Shown here: one piece after another, positions 38,253-48,147 of the stretch
Position numbering within the stretch: the first letter of the stretch is position 1
Layout: each line of letters starts with the position of its first letter
Assembly (NCBI GenBank): GCA_020353515.1
Contig: CP070695.1
Location: 737,065-801,064 of the forward strand
DNA length: 64,000 nt
Direction of reading: 5' to 3'
DNA from: Candidatus Heimdallarchaeota archaeon
GTDB lineage: Archaea; Asgardarchaeota; Heimdallarchaeia; Hodarchaeales; Hodarchaeaceae
Program-made: the position numbers and the translations under genes
Notes under the pieces: generated by a model
Databases searched by the model: none
What the model was told of the DNA's origin: nothing
The model's input: the letters and a program-made list of their open reading frames with translations, nothing else

Positions 38253-38925
38253 GTGTTTGGGTTGATTTTGTATTAAGAAATTCTGTAGTTATTTCTTTGA
38301 GTTCATCTAAGGTAAACCCTTCGTTCCGTAGTACTAGATCAAATTTCTTTTTATCTCGGAAAGAAATCCCATAAATTTGTTCTAAGCGTTCTCCATCCGT
38401 CCTGTCCCGTGATGTAATCCTTTGGATCAGTTCTTCTTCATTCATACCATATTCTGATCTATTTATATCATGAGAAATGCGATTAGCTATCACTCTTGCT
38501 GCAACTTCTAACCAAATGGTGATACCATGAGTTCCAATTGCATAAGGAGCCATCCGTCCAATGAAAATCCCTCCTTCCAATAATGCAGTTTTTAATGCGT
38601 GTTTTTCAATTTCTATGTCTACTTTTTTAGCAAAATCTTCGTTTTGTGTTTTTTGTATATGTTTCATAAATTCATCTAGGTTTTTTTCTTCCCATCCTGA
38701 TTCTACAGCAATTTTACGGACAAAATCACCAGAACCAATGATTTTCAAGGAAATATTGTGATATTTTTCAAAATAGAGCTGAACAAAAATTGCAACAGTG
38801 TCTTTTCCTGTTCCTGAGAATCCTCCAATAGCTATAATTGGTGTTGTTCGTTTTTTTATTTTAGTTGAGAATTTATTTAAAAGCATCTCCTCGTAATCAC
38901 GAAGGTGGGGAATTAATGTGCCCAT
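38227..38925 (-). CDS. Cytidylate kinase-like P-loop kinase
   Basis: IAIGGFSGTGKDT, GDFVRKIA, RD..D..R...IYGI. Confidence 0.8.
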   Translation of the reverse strand: MGTLIPHLRDYEEMLLNKFSTKIKKRTTPIIAIGGFSGTGKDTVAIFVQLYFEKYHNISLKIIGSGDFVRKIAVESGWEEKNLDEFMKHIQKTQNEDFAKKVDIEIEKHALKTALLEGGIFIGRMAPYAIGTHGITIWLEVAARVIANRISHDINRSEYGMNEEELIQRITSRDRTDGERLEQIYGISFRDKKKFDLVLRNEGFTLDELKEITTEFLNTKSTQTHGETQIEP

Positions 38926-39114
38926 TTTTTCAATCAGCTTTCACACAAATCGTTTGTTGTGACCCAGAGTCTTGATCTGGATATTTTCACATTTTATTTT
39001 CAAACCTTGTGAAATATAGATAGAGGGAAGATGTGTTTGAATTAATACGTTTAAATGGGAAGAAGGATAGTAAAGAATTGACATGTTATATTCCGCTGCT
39101 TAACAATTTTTAGG

Positions 39115-41319
39115 ATGCCTAAGGCTTTGAATGAGGTTTCTCGAAGCATAAAATCAAATGAAAAAAGGATAAACACCTATAGATCAATCAATACTAAGTT
39201 AGGTACAACTTTAATTGATATTTTGGCTTCTATTTCAGTGAGTACAAGTTTTGATTCTGTATTTGAGTTAATTGCGAGTCTAATTTTTGAAGAGATCTCT
39301 TTTATTTCAAAGGTAAACTTTTATCTAGTAGATCATGAAATTGAGATCATACAATGTCTAGGGGAGGTAGATACTAGTTTAAAATTCAAACCTGGTAATG
39401 AGGCTAGTTATGGTTCAGAAATCATTCAAGATTTTCACCGTGGTATACTAGGAATCGCTGTACAAACAGGAAAGCCCACTTGTTCATATTCAATTACCTC
39501 TAGCAAATCTCAAGTCGATATACTTGACAACCATGAAATCAGTATTCCTATAAAATTTGAAAATGAGATTATTGGAATATTACATGTAGAAAGGATGAAT
39601 GTACAAAGATTCACTAATGAAGATCAAGATAAATTAGTCTTCATTGCTAAAGCACTAGGAGGTTTTATCAAATCAAAGCTCCTTACGAGTCAGCTTCAGC
39701 GGTCTAAGACAAGTCTTTTGGAGGCAAATATTGCTTTAAAGGAATCAAATGAATTTCAGGAAGAGATTTTTAGATCAATAGATGAAGGATTGATCCTTGA
39801 GGATGAAAAATTTAAAATCCTTTATTTAAATCCAAAAGCTGAAGAAATATTAGGATATACCACTGAAGAACTGAGAAATAAGAGTTATGCAACAATAGTA
39901 AGTGATGATTCCATCTTTAAAGTTCATACAGAAACAAAGAAACAAAGAGATGGAATCCGAAGTTCGTATCGTGCAGAATTACTAAAAAAAGATGAGACAA
40001 AACTTCCTGTATTAATTCAAGCAGCACCGTTTTACCAGGAGGGAACATTTAAAGGAATCATGCTTGCATTTACGAATTTGAGTCCAATAATAAAAATCGA
40101 AGAGGAGATTCTAGAGCTAAAAGAGTATCATCAAACAATGTTGGATAATTTGCCCGTGGGTATAATCGGTATCAATACAGATAAACGAATTGATTATATT
40201 AACAAGTATCTTCACCAATTATTCGGTGATTTGATAATAGGAAAACATATGAATCACATATTTTCAAAATATTTCAAAGGCCCTGGTTCAACATCAATAC
40301 TACAACTCATGGAGGAGAGTTTCGATGAGAAAAGTGGTTTTCGATCAAATGAGATACCGTTAACACTGAAGAACAAAAAGATCATTGCTAATATTTCATT
40401 CACACCTTTATTTGGATATAATGAAGAATTCCTAGGAGCAGCTTTAGTAATTGAAGATGATACAACTATTTATACTCTCATTGATAGATTAAAAGAGACA
40501 TATAGAGCATTAGAGGACAGACAAGCAAATCTTTTGCGGGAAACTCAACAGAAGGTTGAATTTCAACATGAACTCATTAAGAGAACCAAGGCATTACGGC
40601 AAAAAAACACAGAAATGGAAAGCTTTGTTTATTCTATTAGTCATGATTTGAAAACTCCAATTGTATCCATCCAAGGCTATATTAATGCTATGCTAGAAGA
40701 TCTAGGAAATTCATTTAGTTCAGAAATTGATTTCTATATCAATAGGATTAAAAAGAATACAGAATATGCGAAAAGATTAATTTTGGATATATTAGAATAT
40801 AGTAAGCTAGGACAGGATAAAATTGCTATTCAAGAAGTATTTTCCTTAGAAATCCTACAAAGTGCAATTTATGCGATAGAATCACAAGCCAAGTTCAAGA
40901 ACTTTGAAATTTATATTCGTCCAGCCCCTTACCCCAAAATCAGGTGTCAACCAGAAAGGATTCATCAAGTTTTTGTTAATCTGGCTGATAATGCGTTGAA
41001 GTATAAAGATAAATCGAAAGATCGGGCCTTTCTTGATATCTTCCTTGAAGAAGAAGATAAATTTTGGGTTTTTGTGTTTCAAGACAACGGAGTAGGAATT
41101 TCTGACAATCAACGGGAAAAAATTTTCACAATGTTTGAAAGAGGTCATGAATATTCCTCTGATATTATCGAGGGCAGTGGTATTGGACTTGCTTTTTCGA
41201 AAAAAATTGTTGAAATCCATAATGGACGAATTACGGTGGATAGTCAGGTGGGAATAGGATCCACTTTTCGAGTCTGGCTTCCAAAAAGACCTAGTTTCCA
41301 AAATGACAGATTATTTTAA
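39115..41319 (+). CDS. GAF-PAS-PAS sensor histidine kinase
   Basis: SHDLKTP (H box), NLADNALKY, DNGVG, GSGIGLA; PAS motif NPKAEEILGY. Confidence 0.95.
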   Translation: MPKALNEVSRSIKSNEKRINTYRSINTKLGTTLIDILASISVSTSFDSVFELIASLIFEEISFISKVNFYLVDHEIEIIQCLGEVDTSLKFKPGNEASYGSEIIQDFHRGILGIAVQTGKPTCSYSITSSKSQVDILDNHEISIPIKFENEIIGILHVERMNVQRFTNEDQDKLVFIAKALGGFIKSKLLTSQLQRSKTSLLEANIALKESNEFQEEIFRSIDEGLILEDEKFKILYLNPKAEEILGYTTEELRNKSYATIVSDDSIFKVHTETKKQRDGIRSSYRAELLKKDETKLPVLIQAAPFYQEGTFKGIMLAFTNLSPIIKIEEEILELKEYHQTMLDNLPVGIIGINTDKRIDYINKYLHQLFGDLIIGKHMNHIFSKYFKGPGSTSILQLMEESFDEKSGFRSNEIPLTLKNKKIIANISFTPLFGYNEEFLGAALVIEDDTTIYTLIDRLKETYRALEDRQANLLRETQQKVEFQHELIKRTKALRQKNTEMESFVYSISHDLKTPIVSIQGYINAMLEDLGNSFSSEIDFYINRIKKNTEYAKRLILDILEYSKLGQDKIAIQEVFSLEILQSAIYAIESQAKFKNFEIYIRPAPYPKIRCQPERIHQVFVNLADNALKYKDKSKDRAFLDIFLEEEDKFWVFVFQDNGVGISDNQREKIFTMFERGHEYSSDIIEGSGIGLAFSKKIVEIHNGRITVDSQVGIGSTFRVWLPKRPSFQNDRLF

Positions 41320-41457
41320 AAAGTTAAATTGACCATTCGATTTACGAATTGAAAATAGTTTTTTTCAGTATTTTACTTTAAACAGCTCCGAAATGATAAA
41401 GTATATAAGAAAATTATAAGCAATTAGGAATGTTTTATTGGAATTGAGGGTAATATT

Positions 41458-42879
41458 TTGGAAAATAGTATAAATTTTTCAACTTTTGTTGAGGAGCACC
41501 TAAAAGATAAATCAACAACTGAACAGGAAGCTCTAGCATTAGCCATAGGGTTCAATCCTCAATTAGATATGAAATTCAGACTAAAACATTTAAAACAAGC
41601 AGCAAAAAACCAAGATCTAATAATAAAAAGAGCTGCATTAACTGGATTAGGATTTTCAAGTCTTTTAGAGCCCAAAAAAGGAGAGGAACAGAAAAAAGAA
41701 TTGAAAAATCACTTAAACGATCCTTTAACAACAACAAAGATAACTACAGCAATTGCTTTGGGAATAAGCAGTTATTTTTCTAATAATAAAAAATTCCAAA
41801 AGAAATCTTACGATGAATTCAGAAAAAAAATACAAAAAGCTGATTTTATAATAAAACAAGGATATGCAATTGGTTTAGGATTACTTGCTAAATATCCTGA
41901 AACACAAAAAGAGAGTCTAAAAGTTATTCTCGAAGCTTACAACCAAATAGAAATGGGGATGGGGAACCCAGACTATTATCTCATTGGACTTACATTAACA
42001 GCTATTAATACCAAAAGAGCTGAAGAAGGATTTGACTTTATTTTTGAAACAATCATTCCACATCTGTCAAACAAGGAAAGTCGAAGAATAGCAATGATGT
42101 GTACTGCATTTCTCCTACCATTAATTCCTGATCCAGGAACTAGAGTTAAAAAACTGGAAAAGATAATACAGAAAGGAATTGAATTCCATTCGAAATTTGG
42201 AACAGATTCAGCCTTGATTTTAACCTATATATCACTTCAGGATAAAAAACTACAGGAAAACTTTCTCATTCGATTATTAGGTTTTAAAGATCTAGATCCT
42301 GATTATGAGCAGATTTTTGCTATTCTCAAAGAGAATAAAAACACGATAGATATAATCCAAGCTCTTTTGAAGTGCAATACATTAGACATTAAAGCTGCGG
42401 GAATAACAGCCAGCTTCTTCCTTGAATCAGAAGATCAGTTTGATATGGAATCGTTCATTCAAGAAGGACTTCAACAACGGGGTTCAGGATATTTTGATCG
42501 GTTTCTTGTCCTGTTAAGGACGTTCTCTTTTATTCTCAGGAATAAGGAATATGATCGGGGAAAAGAATTTGAACCATTTTTCCACTCAAACGACCATCGA
42601 GTGAAAAAATTCTCTGCTCTTTCCTATGCCTGTCTTAAAGCGATGAACCCTGAAGAACGTAAGAAAGGACTGCATGAAATTTATTCTCGATTAAAAACTG
42701 AATTAAATGAGCATGTTCGCTGGGGATTTCTTGTAGGTATTTCCATGTATGAAAGTGTTGGGAGAAATATCCTTGATGATGAATTGATTCTTGGGCTCCT
42801 ATTATTAAGCCTTGGTTTTATTGATGTGGGCACTCTTTTATTACTTTCTCAAGCAATGATTTCACAGTTCTATCAATAA
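41458..42879 (+). CDS. Alpha-solenoid protein with PC/HEAT-like repeats
   Basis: About 11 helical repeats with small-residue cores (AALTGLGF, TAIALGI, GYAIGLGL, HVRWGFLVGI). Confidence 0.7.
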   Translation: MENSINFSTFVEEHLKDKSTTEQEALALAIGFNPQLDMKFRLKHLKQAAKNQDLIIKRAALTGLGFSSLLEPKKGEEQKKELKNHLNDPLTTTKITTAIALGISSYFSNNKKFQKKSYDEFRKKIQKADFIIKQGYAIGLGLLAKYPETQKESLKVILEAYNQIEMGMGNPDYYLIGLTLTAINTKRAEEGFDFIFETIIPHLSNKESRRIAMMCTAFLLPLIPDPGTRVKKLEKIIQKGIEFHSKFGTDSALILTYISLQDKKLQENFLIRLLGFKDLDPDYEQIFAILKENKNTIDIIQALLKCNTLDIKAAGITASFFLESEDQFDMESFIQEGLQQRGSGYFDRFLVLLRTFSFILRNKEYDRGKEFEPFFHSNDHRVKKFSALSYACLKAMNPEERKKGLHEIYSRLKTELNEHVRWGFLVGISMYESVGRNILDDELILGLLLLSLGFIDVGTLLLLSQAMISQFYQ

Positions 42880-42883
42880 GAAA

Positions 42884-44347
42884 CTAGATACGTTGGCGCC
42901 ATCTATAGAAATTCACCATATATCTGAAAGCATGAACCATTCTAGCTGGAGTAGGGAAAATAGGATAATCTTGAGATTCAAGGAACTTTATAGAGGGTGA
43001 ATTTTGTGCTGTTAATAGCGTAGTAATCAGAATTGGCTTATTGTAACTTTCCGATAATTCAAGTATATCTTCAAACAGTTTAACTTCAATATTACTAATA
43101 AAATCAAGTTGATCCATTTGTTCCTCTTGAATAAAGGGCGATTTTTTCGCAAGATTTGCTAAATAAGCAATTCCTCCGACACCCAAAAGAAATATTGCTT
43201 CAACCAAGGGCATTTCATCGAAAACTATCTTAATAATCTCTTTAACGTCGTTCAAGTTTAAGGAAGCGACTGTGTCAATAGGATTTCCTTTCGACCAGTA
43301 CTCTGGAAGAAGCTTATCAATACGTTCATAAGCATTATTACTTAATGGCTCTAAATTTATTCCCTGTCTTGAACATGCGTCAGCTGCCATTACCCCCCAC
43401 CCCCCACCTCTTGTTACAATAACAATCCTTCCTCGAGGGAATTTCATCTTAGCCCAACGGCTGAAAACAAGAACAAGATCGAACATTTCATCAAGAGAAT
43501 CTACTATAATTGCTCCCGCATGTTCTAAGATATCACGAAAGACGTGATCATCGCCAGTTATAGCTCCAGTATGAGAAAGTGCAGCTCGACTCCCAGCACT
43601 TGTACCCCCAGCTTTTAGAATAATAACTGGTTTTTCTTTTGATATCTCCTTTACTAATTTTACAAAGCGCCTTGGATCTTGAATTCCTTCTATATAAAGA
43701 CCAATAACCTTGGTCTTAGAATCTTGCTTTCCAAAATATTCTAAATAATCTGACATTGTTAAATCGGCCATATTACCAGCAGAGACGTATACGTTGAGTC
43801 CAATACCTCGTCTTGAAGCAACAGTTAATCCGATCGTGCCAATATTCCCTGATTGGGATACAAAGGCCATACCACCACTTTTCAAGCTTGTTACAGGCCA
43901 CATAACAGCTGTTAAATTCACTCGGGTTGAAACAACTCCCATTCCATTCGGTCCAATCAATCGAATTCCATTTTCTCGAGCAAAAGCGGTAATTTTCTCT
44001 TCTAATATGCGTCCTTCTTCTCCAGATTCTTTAAAACCAGCTGTGATAATAACCACATGATGGACACCTCTTTGCTTCGCTTGTTCAAGGATTGATAAGA
44101 CATATCTTGCAGGAATGATAATAATCACTAGATCAAGTTGTACATCTTTGGGGATTTCAAGAATGGAAGTATAAGCTTTATATCCTAGAATTTCCTCCTT
44201 CTTAGGATGGACAGGAAAAAATTCTCCTGTAAAATCATTTTGAACAATATTATGGGCAACAATGAATCCCCAACTAGAAAGCTTGTCACTCGCACCAACC
44301 AAAGCAACTGCTCTTGGATTAAAAAAACGGTCCAGATTAAGAGACAT
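42884..44347 (-). CDS. Acyl-CoA synthetase (ADP-forming), alpha subunit
   Basis: CoA-binding domain (VALVGAS, GPNGMG), SQSG, SHTGA (phospho-His), NPID. Confidence 0.92.
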   Translation of the reverse strand: MSLNLDRFFNPRAVALVGASDKLSSWGFIVAHNIVQNDFTGEFFPVHPKKEEILGYKAYTSILEIPKDVQLDLVIIIIPARYVLSILEQAKQRGVHHVVIITAGFKESGEEGRILEEKITAFARENGIRLIGPNGMGVVSTRVNLTAVMWPVTSLKSGGMAFVSQSGNIGTIGLTVASRRGIGLNVYVSAGNMADLTMSDYLEYFGKQDSKTKVIGLYIEGIQDPRRFVKLVKEISKEKPVIILKAGGTSAGSRAALSHTGAITGDDHVFRDILEHAGAIIVDSLDEMFDLVLVFSRWAKMKFPRGRIVIVTRGGGWGVMAADACSRQGINLEPLSNNAYERIDKLLPEYWSKGNPIDTVASLNLNDVKEIIKIVFDEMPLVEAIFLLGVGGIAYLANLAKKSPFIQEEQMDQLDFISNIEVKLFEDILELSESYNKPILITTLLTAQNSPSIKFLESQDYPIFPTPARMVHAFRYMVNFYRWRQRI

Positions 44348-44469
44348 TGAACATCATCCACGTAATTATTGAGCGATATATGCCCGAGTCTGTTACTGAT
44401 TCTTGCAGGAAACCATCCTGAAGGACAAGGTTACAGCATAATAAAGATTCTTTAAAGAAAAAGGTTTTT

Positions 44470-44964
44470 ATGGTTATGAAATACTTACTTTTCAATGAGT
44501 GGAAGGTAATGCGAATTTTAAAATCTAAAGAGTTAGAAGAAAGTTGGATAAACCTAATCTATCCTCCTAAGCAATTGGAAGGTGCTATTCTTGATCTTAC
44601 TGTAAAACGGATTTATTTATTCAAAAAGCAAGGTGCATTAGATTTTGGAGGAAGTGAATATCAATCTGTTGACCTAGAACCTTTATCACCAAAATTTGAA
44701 GATGATCCCAAGTATGGATGGTGGTCACTTTCAACAGGGACATATATTGTAGAGTATAATGAAAGTCTTCCTAGAAATGAATGCCTAGCTATTGTTTCTC
44801 CTCACAAGCGTCTTCTTTCCACAGGATGTTTCCATCCTTCTTTTGTTATTAATCCATCAGGGAAATCTCAGCCAATCCAAGGATTATTAAGCGTTAATAG
44901 TCAAGGTGTACGTATTAAAGAGAATGCTCGAATTTCTACAGTACTCACTCTTAAAATAGATTAG
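44470..44964 (+). CDS. dCTP deaminase/dUTPase-family protein
   Basis: DLTV...LDFGGSEY...L..GTY.VEYNE; ENARIS. Confidence 0.75.
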   Translation: MVMKYLLFNEWKVMRILKSKELEESWINLIYPPKQLEGAILDLTVKRIYLFKKQGALDFGGSEYQSVDLEPLSPKFEDDPKYGWWSLSTGTYIVEYNESLPRNECLAIVSPHKRLLSTGCFHPSFVINPSGKSQPIQGLLSVNSQGVRIKENARISTVLTLKID

Positions 44965-45021
44965 ATAGTCTCCATAGTATGATGGTGATTCCAAGAAAAG
45001 TACCCAATTGCATGATCATGT

Positions 45022-45630
45022 TTATAGGTCATCCAATTCATCAATTTCTGGAATTTTAGCCCGTGCAATTCTGTCAAAAAATTCTAACTCATTGAAATAA
45101 CGGGATACATTAATGGTACTACCTTCAAGCTTGAAATAGATTTTTTGATCTTGAAAGAATTCATCATTGAGAATGACTAGATTAGAATCACCCAAGCACA
45201 AATCTTTCTGATTTTTGGGCTCAATTTTCCCTTGAGACCAGGTTAAAGGTTCCGAATCAAGAATCTCGAATTGTTCGTTTGGAATAACTTCAAATCCTAA
45301 GAGAAGATCCTTTATAATCCACAATGGAATAGCATAATGTCTTTTTTCCCAATAGCCAAGAAGGGCTAATTCGATTTGGTCAAACTTGGAATCAACTAGA
45401 TTAGGTTTTCGAAGTATGAAGCTAATTTCGCACCTTTGCAAAAATGAATTCAAAAATGCCAAGAAAAAGGTTTTTTTTCGTGTTTCATATATTTCCTGTG
45501 GAAGTTCTAGAAGATTGGTGATTGATGCCCCAAAATCACCAACCTCGAACTCCAGAAACCATACTTTAGCTTGATACCCCAATCCTAGATAATCATGAAT
45601 TGAGAGTTGTTTCATCTTTTTCGGTTTCAT
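45022..45630 (-). CDS. Hypothetical protein
   Basis: 202-aa ORF; no motif recognised. Confidence 0.65.
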   Translation of the reverse strand: MKPKKMKQLSIHDYLGLGYQAKVWFLEFEVGDFGASITNLLELPQEIYETRKKTFFLAFLNSFLQRCEISFILRKPNLVDSKFDQIELALLGYWEKRHYAIPLWIIKDLLLGFEVIPNEQFEILDSEPLTWSQGKIEPKNQKDLCLGDSNLVILNDEFFQDQKIYFKLEGSTINVSRYFNELEFFDRIARAKIPEIDELDDL

Positions 45631-45688
45631 CTTGGTTCACTTTCATACTTCACTCTCAGAGTCCTCTTTTAAGAACCCTAAAATTTGA

Positions 45689-46519
45689 ATGGTGAGAAGT
45701 GGAATTAACAGACTAAACAGAGGAATAATAATGGATTTAAGGCTTAATGGTAAAGTTGCACTTGTAGGGGCTTCGAGTACAGGATTAGGAAAGGCAGTTG
45801 CCTTAGCATTAGCAGAAGAGGGTACTGATGTTATTATTTGTTCAAGAGACTCTGATAAACTAAGATTAGTATCAGAAGAGATTCAAAAGAAAGGAACAAA
45901 ATGTCTTGCCATTCCAACAGACCTCACCAAATATTCACAAGTACAGAACTTAGTAACAAGGAGTATCGAGTATTTCGGAAAGATAGATATTTTAGTCACT
46001 AATTGTGGTGGGCCTCCTTCTGGGGAATTCTTAGATTTTTCAGTAGATGATTGGAAACAAGCGATTAACCTGAATCTTATGAGTACGATTTATTTATGCA
46101 AAGAGATCCTTCCTTACATGGTAAAACAAAATGATGGCCGAGTCATCATGATTACAAGTGTATCAGTTAAGCAGCCTATTAAGGGGCTTATTTTATCAAA
46201 TGTTACTCGGGCAGGGGTTGCAGGTCTAGCAAAGAGTCTGAGTAACGAATATGGGAAAAATAACATACTAGTGAATATTGTTTGTCCAGGATATACACGC
46301 ACAGAGCGGGTTGAGCAGCTTGCAGTATCTCTGTCAGCTAAACAAGGATTAAAACCAGTAGAAATGATCCAAAATTGGGCACAATTAAATTCTCTTGGTC
46401 GGTTAGCAACGCCTGAAGAGTTCGCAAATGTGGTTGTATTCCTAGCATCTGAAAAAGCCAGTCATTTAACAGGAACAGCCATTCAGATCGATGGAGGTCT
46501 TGTTAAATCCCTTTTATAA
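45689..46519 (+). CDS. Short-chain dehydrogenase/reductase
   Basis: GASSTGLG, DILVTNCGGP, SNVTRAG, IDGG; likely start at MDLRL. Confidence 0.93.
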   Translation: MVRSGINRLNRGIIMDLRLNGKVALVGASSTGLGKAVALALAEEGTDVIICSRDSDKLRLVSEEIQKKGTKCLAIPTDLTKYSQVQNLVTRSIEYFGKIDILVTNCGGPPSGEFLDFSVDDWKQAINLNLMSTIYLCKEILPYMVKQNDGRVIMITSVSVKQPIKGLILSNVTRAGVAGLAKSLSNEYGKNNILVNIVCPGYTRTERVEQLAVSLSAKQGLKPVEMIQNWAQLNSLGRLATPEEFANVVVFLASEKASHLTGTAIQIDGGLVKSLL

Positions 46520-46539
46520 AAGAAAAGAGAAAAATGGGA

Positions 46540-47307
46540 TTATTTGAATTGGGCTTTTCTTTTTTCTAGAAAAGCAGATACTCCTTCATTCATATCTTCA
46601 TGAGAGAAACAGAGTGAAAAAATATTCGATTCCATTTGGATGGCATCTAGCCAGCTCATCTCTGAGCCTCGATCGATTGCTTCCTTTGCTTGGGCTAAGG
46701 CAAAACCTGGTCCTTTTGCTAGCCTCTTAGCTAGTTCACTTACAGCGGAATCAAGTTCTTCTGGCTTAACAACTTTGTTTACAAGGCCGATGGATAAAGC
46801 TCTCTCAGGGCTGATATTATCTCCTAGAAAAATTATTTCTTTTGCCACAGTTTTTCCCACTAAGCGGGGAAGACGTTGTGTTCCACCTGCACCTGGGATT
46901 ATACCCAACTTTATTTCAGGTTGCCCAAACAGGGCCTTAGTTGAAGCAATTCGTAAATCACACGCCATTGCTAATTCATTACCACCTCCGAGGCAAAACC
47001 CATTGATAGATGCAATTACAGGTATTGGGAGGAGTTCAATTTCGTTCAAGACACGTTGTAAAACTAATGAAAATGCTTTCGTTTCGGCGGTAGTTCTTCC
47101 TTTAAACTCGGTAATGTCAGCACCAGCAATAAAAGCTCTTCCTTTTCCTTTGAAAACTAGTACTCGGACTTTTTCTTCTTTTATCCTTGATATTGCCTTT
47201 TCTAATTCATTAACAGTCTCATTATTTAGTGCATTAAGGGCTTTTTCACGAATAAAAGTGATTGTAGCAATTCCTTCTGAAACTTCGTATGTCAGATTTT
47301 TGAACAT
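46540..47307 (-). CDS. Enoyl-CoA hydratase (crotonase family)
   Basis: AFIAGADI, GGGNELAMACD, GQPEIKLGIIPGAGGTQRL. Confidence 0.95.
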   Translation of the reverse strand: MFKNLTYEVSEGIATITFIREKALNALNNETVNELEKAISRIKEEKVRVLVFKGKGRAFIAGADITEFKGRTTAETKAFSLVLQRVLNEIELLPIPVIASINGFCLGGGNELAMACDLRIASTKALFGQPEIKLGIIPGAGGTQRLPRLVGKTVAKEIIFLGDNISPERALSIGLVNKVVKPEELDSAVSELAKRLAKGPGFALAQAKEAIDRGSEMSWLDAIQMESNIFSLCFSHEDMNEGVSAFLEKRKAQFK

Positions 47308-47450
47308 AATTTTTCCCTACAACTGGATTTAAGTAGTGAGAAGCGTTTTAGAACTAATATTCAAATATTTTTGCATTAAGAACTTGATTTCATCACAAAT
47401 TTAATTAATTTCAGAATTTTATCGAAAAACAAACAAAATTTAAGTGGGTC

Positions 47451-47996
47451 TTGGTAAGAAAGATGGCTATCTATGAATTCGAAGGAAAACAACCTGAAAT
47501 AGCAAAAACTGCATATATATTTCCATCTGCAGACATTATAGGAGATGTAAGTATTGGAGACAATTGTTTCATTGGTCCTAATGCTGTTTTGCGTGGAGAT
47601 TGGGGTTATATAAGGATTGGAAGTGGCTCTAATATTCAGGATACTTGTGTAATTCACTCGGTTCCTGATGGAGGGACGATAATCGGTGAAAACTGTCATA
47701 TAGGACATGGAGCAATCGTACACCAGGCAGAATTAGGAAAACACGTGCTTGTAGGAAAAAATGCAGTAATAATGAATTGGGCGAATATTGGAGATGAGTG
47801 TATAATCGGTAGTGGCTGTGTTGTTCCTCAAAATAGAGTGATTGAATCCAATAGTTTGGTTCTTGGTGTTCCAGGAAAAGTCGTTGGTAAAATTTCAGAG
47901 GATCAAAAAAACTATAGTTTAGGTGCAACCAAACTTTACCAAACCTTACCTAAACGCTATCATGCAAGTCTAAAGCTCCTTAATAATGGTTATTAA
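47451..47996 (+). CDS. Gamma-carbonic anhydrase-like (PaaY/CaiE) hexapeptide protein
   Basis: LRGD, SNIQD..VIH, HIGHGAIVH, GVPGK. Confidence 0.93.
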   Translation: MVRKMAIYEFEGKQPEIAKTAYIFPSADIIGDVSIGDNCFIGPNAVLRGDWGYIRIGSGSNIQDTCVIHSVPDGGTIIGENCHIGHGAIVHQAELGKHVLVGKNAVIMNWANIGDECIIGSGCVVPQNRVIESNSLVLGVPGKVVGKISEDQKNYSLGATKLYQTLPKRYHASLKLLNNGY

Positions 47997-48147
47997 TATA
48001 ATGTTTGATAGAGAATAGGAAAGACACTTATTCCTACAATTATCTTCGATAATCGATAATATATAAAAATGGAAAAAGAGATCAGATTTGCAGTCATTTT
48101 TATAAAGAGCAAAAGTTATTTTTAAAAGTCAATTTAAGTGGTTAAAG

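Noticed and set aside
46640-47332. 230-aa antisense ORF
   Set aside because: Codon-mirror of the crotonase gene; the other short antisense ORFs inside long genes are rejected for the same reason.
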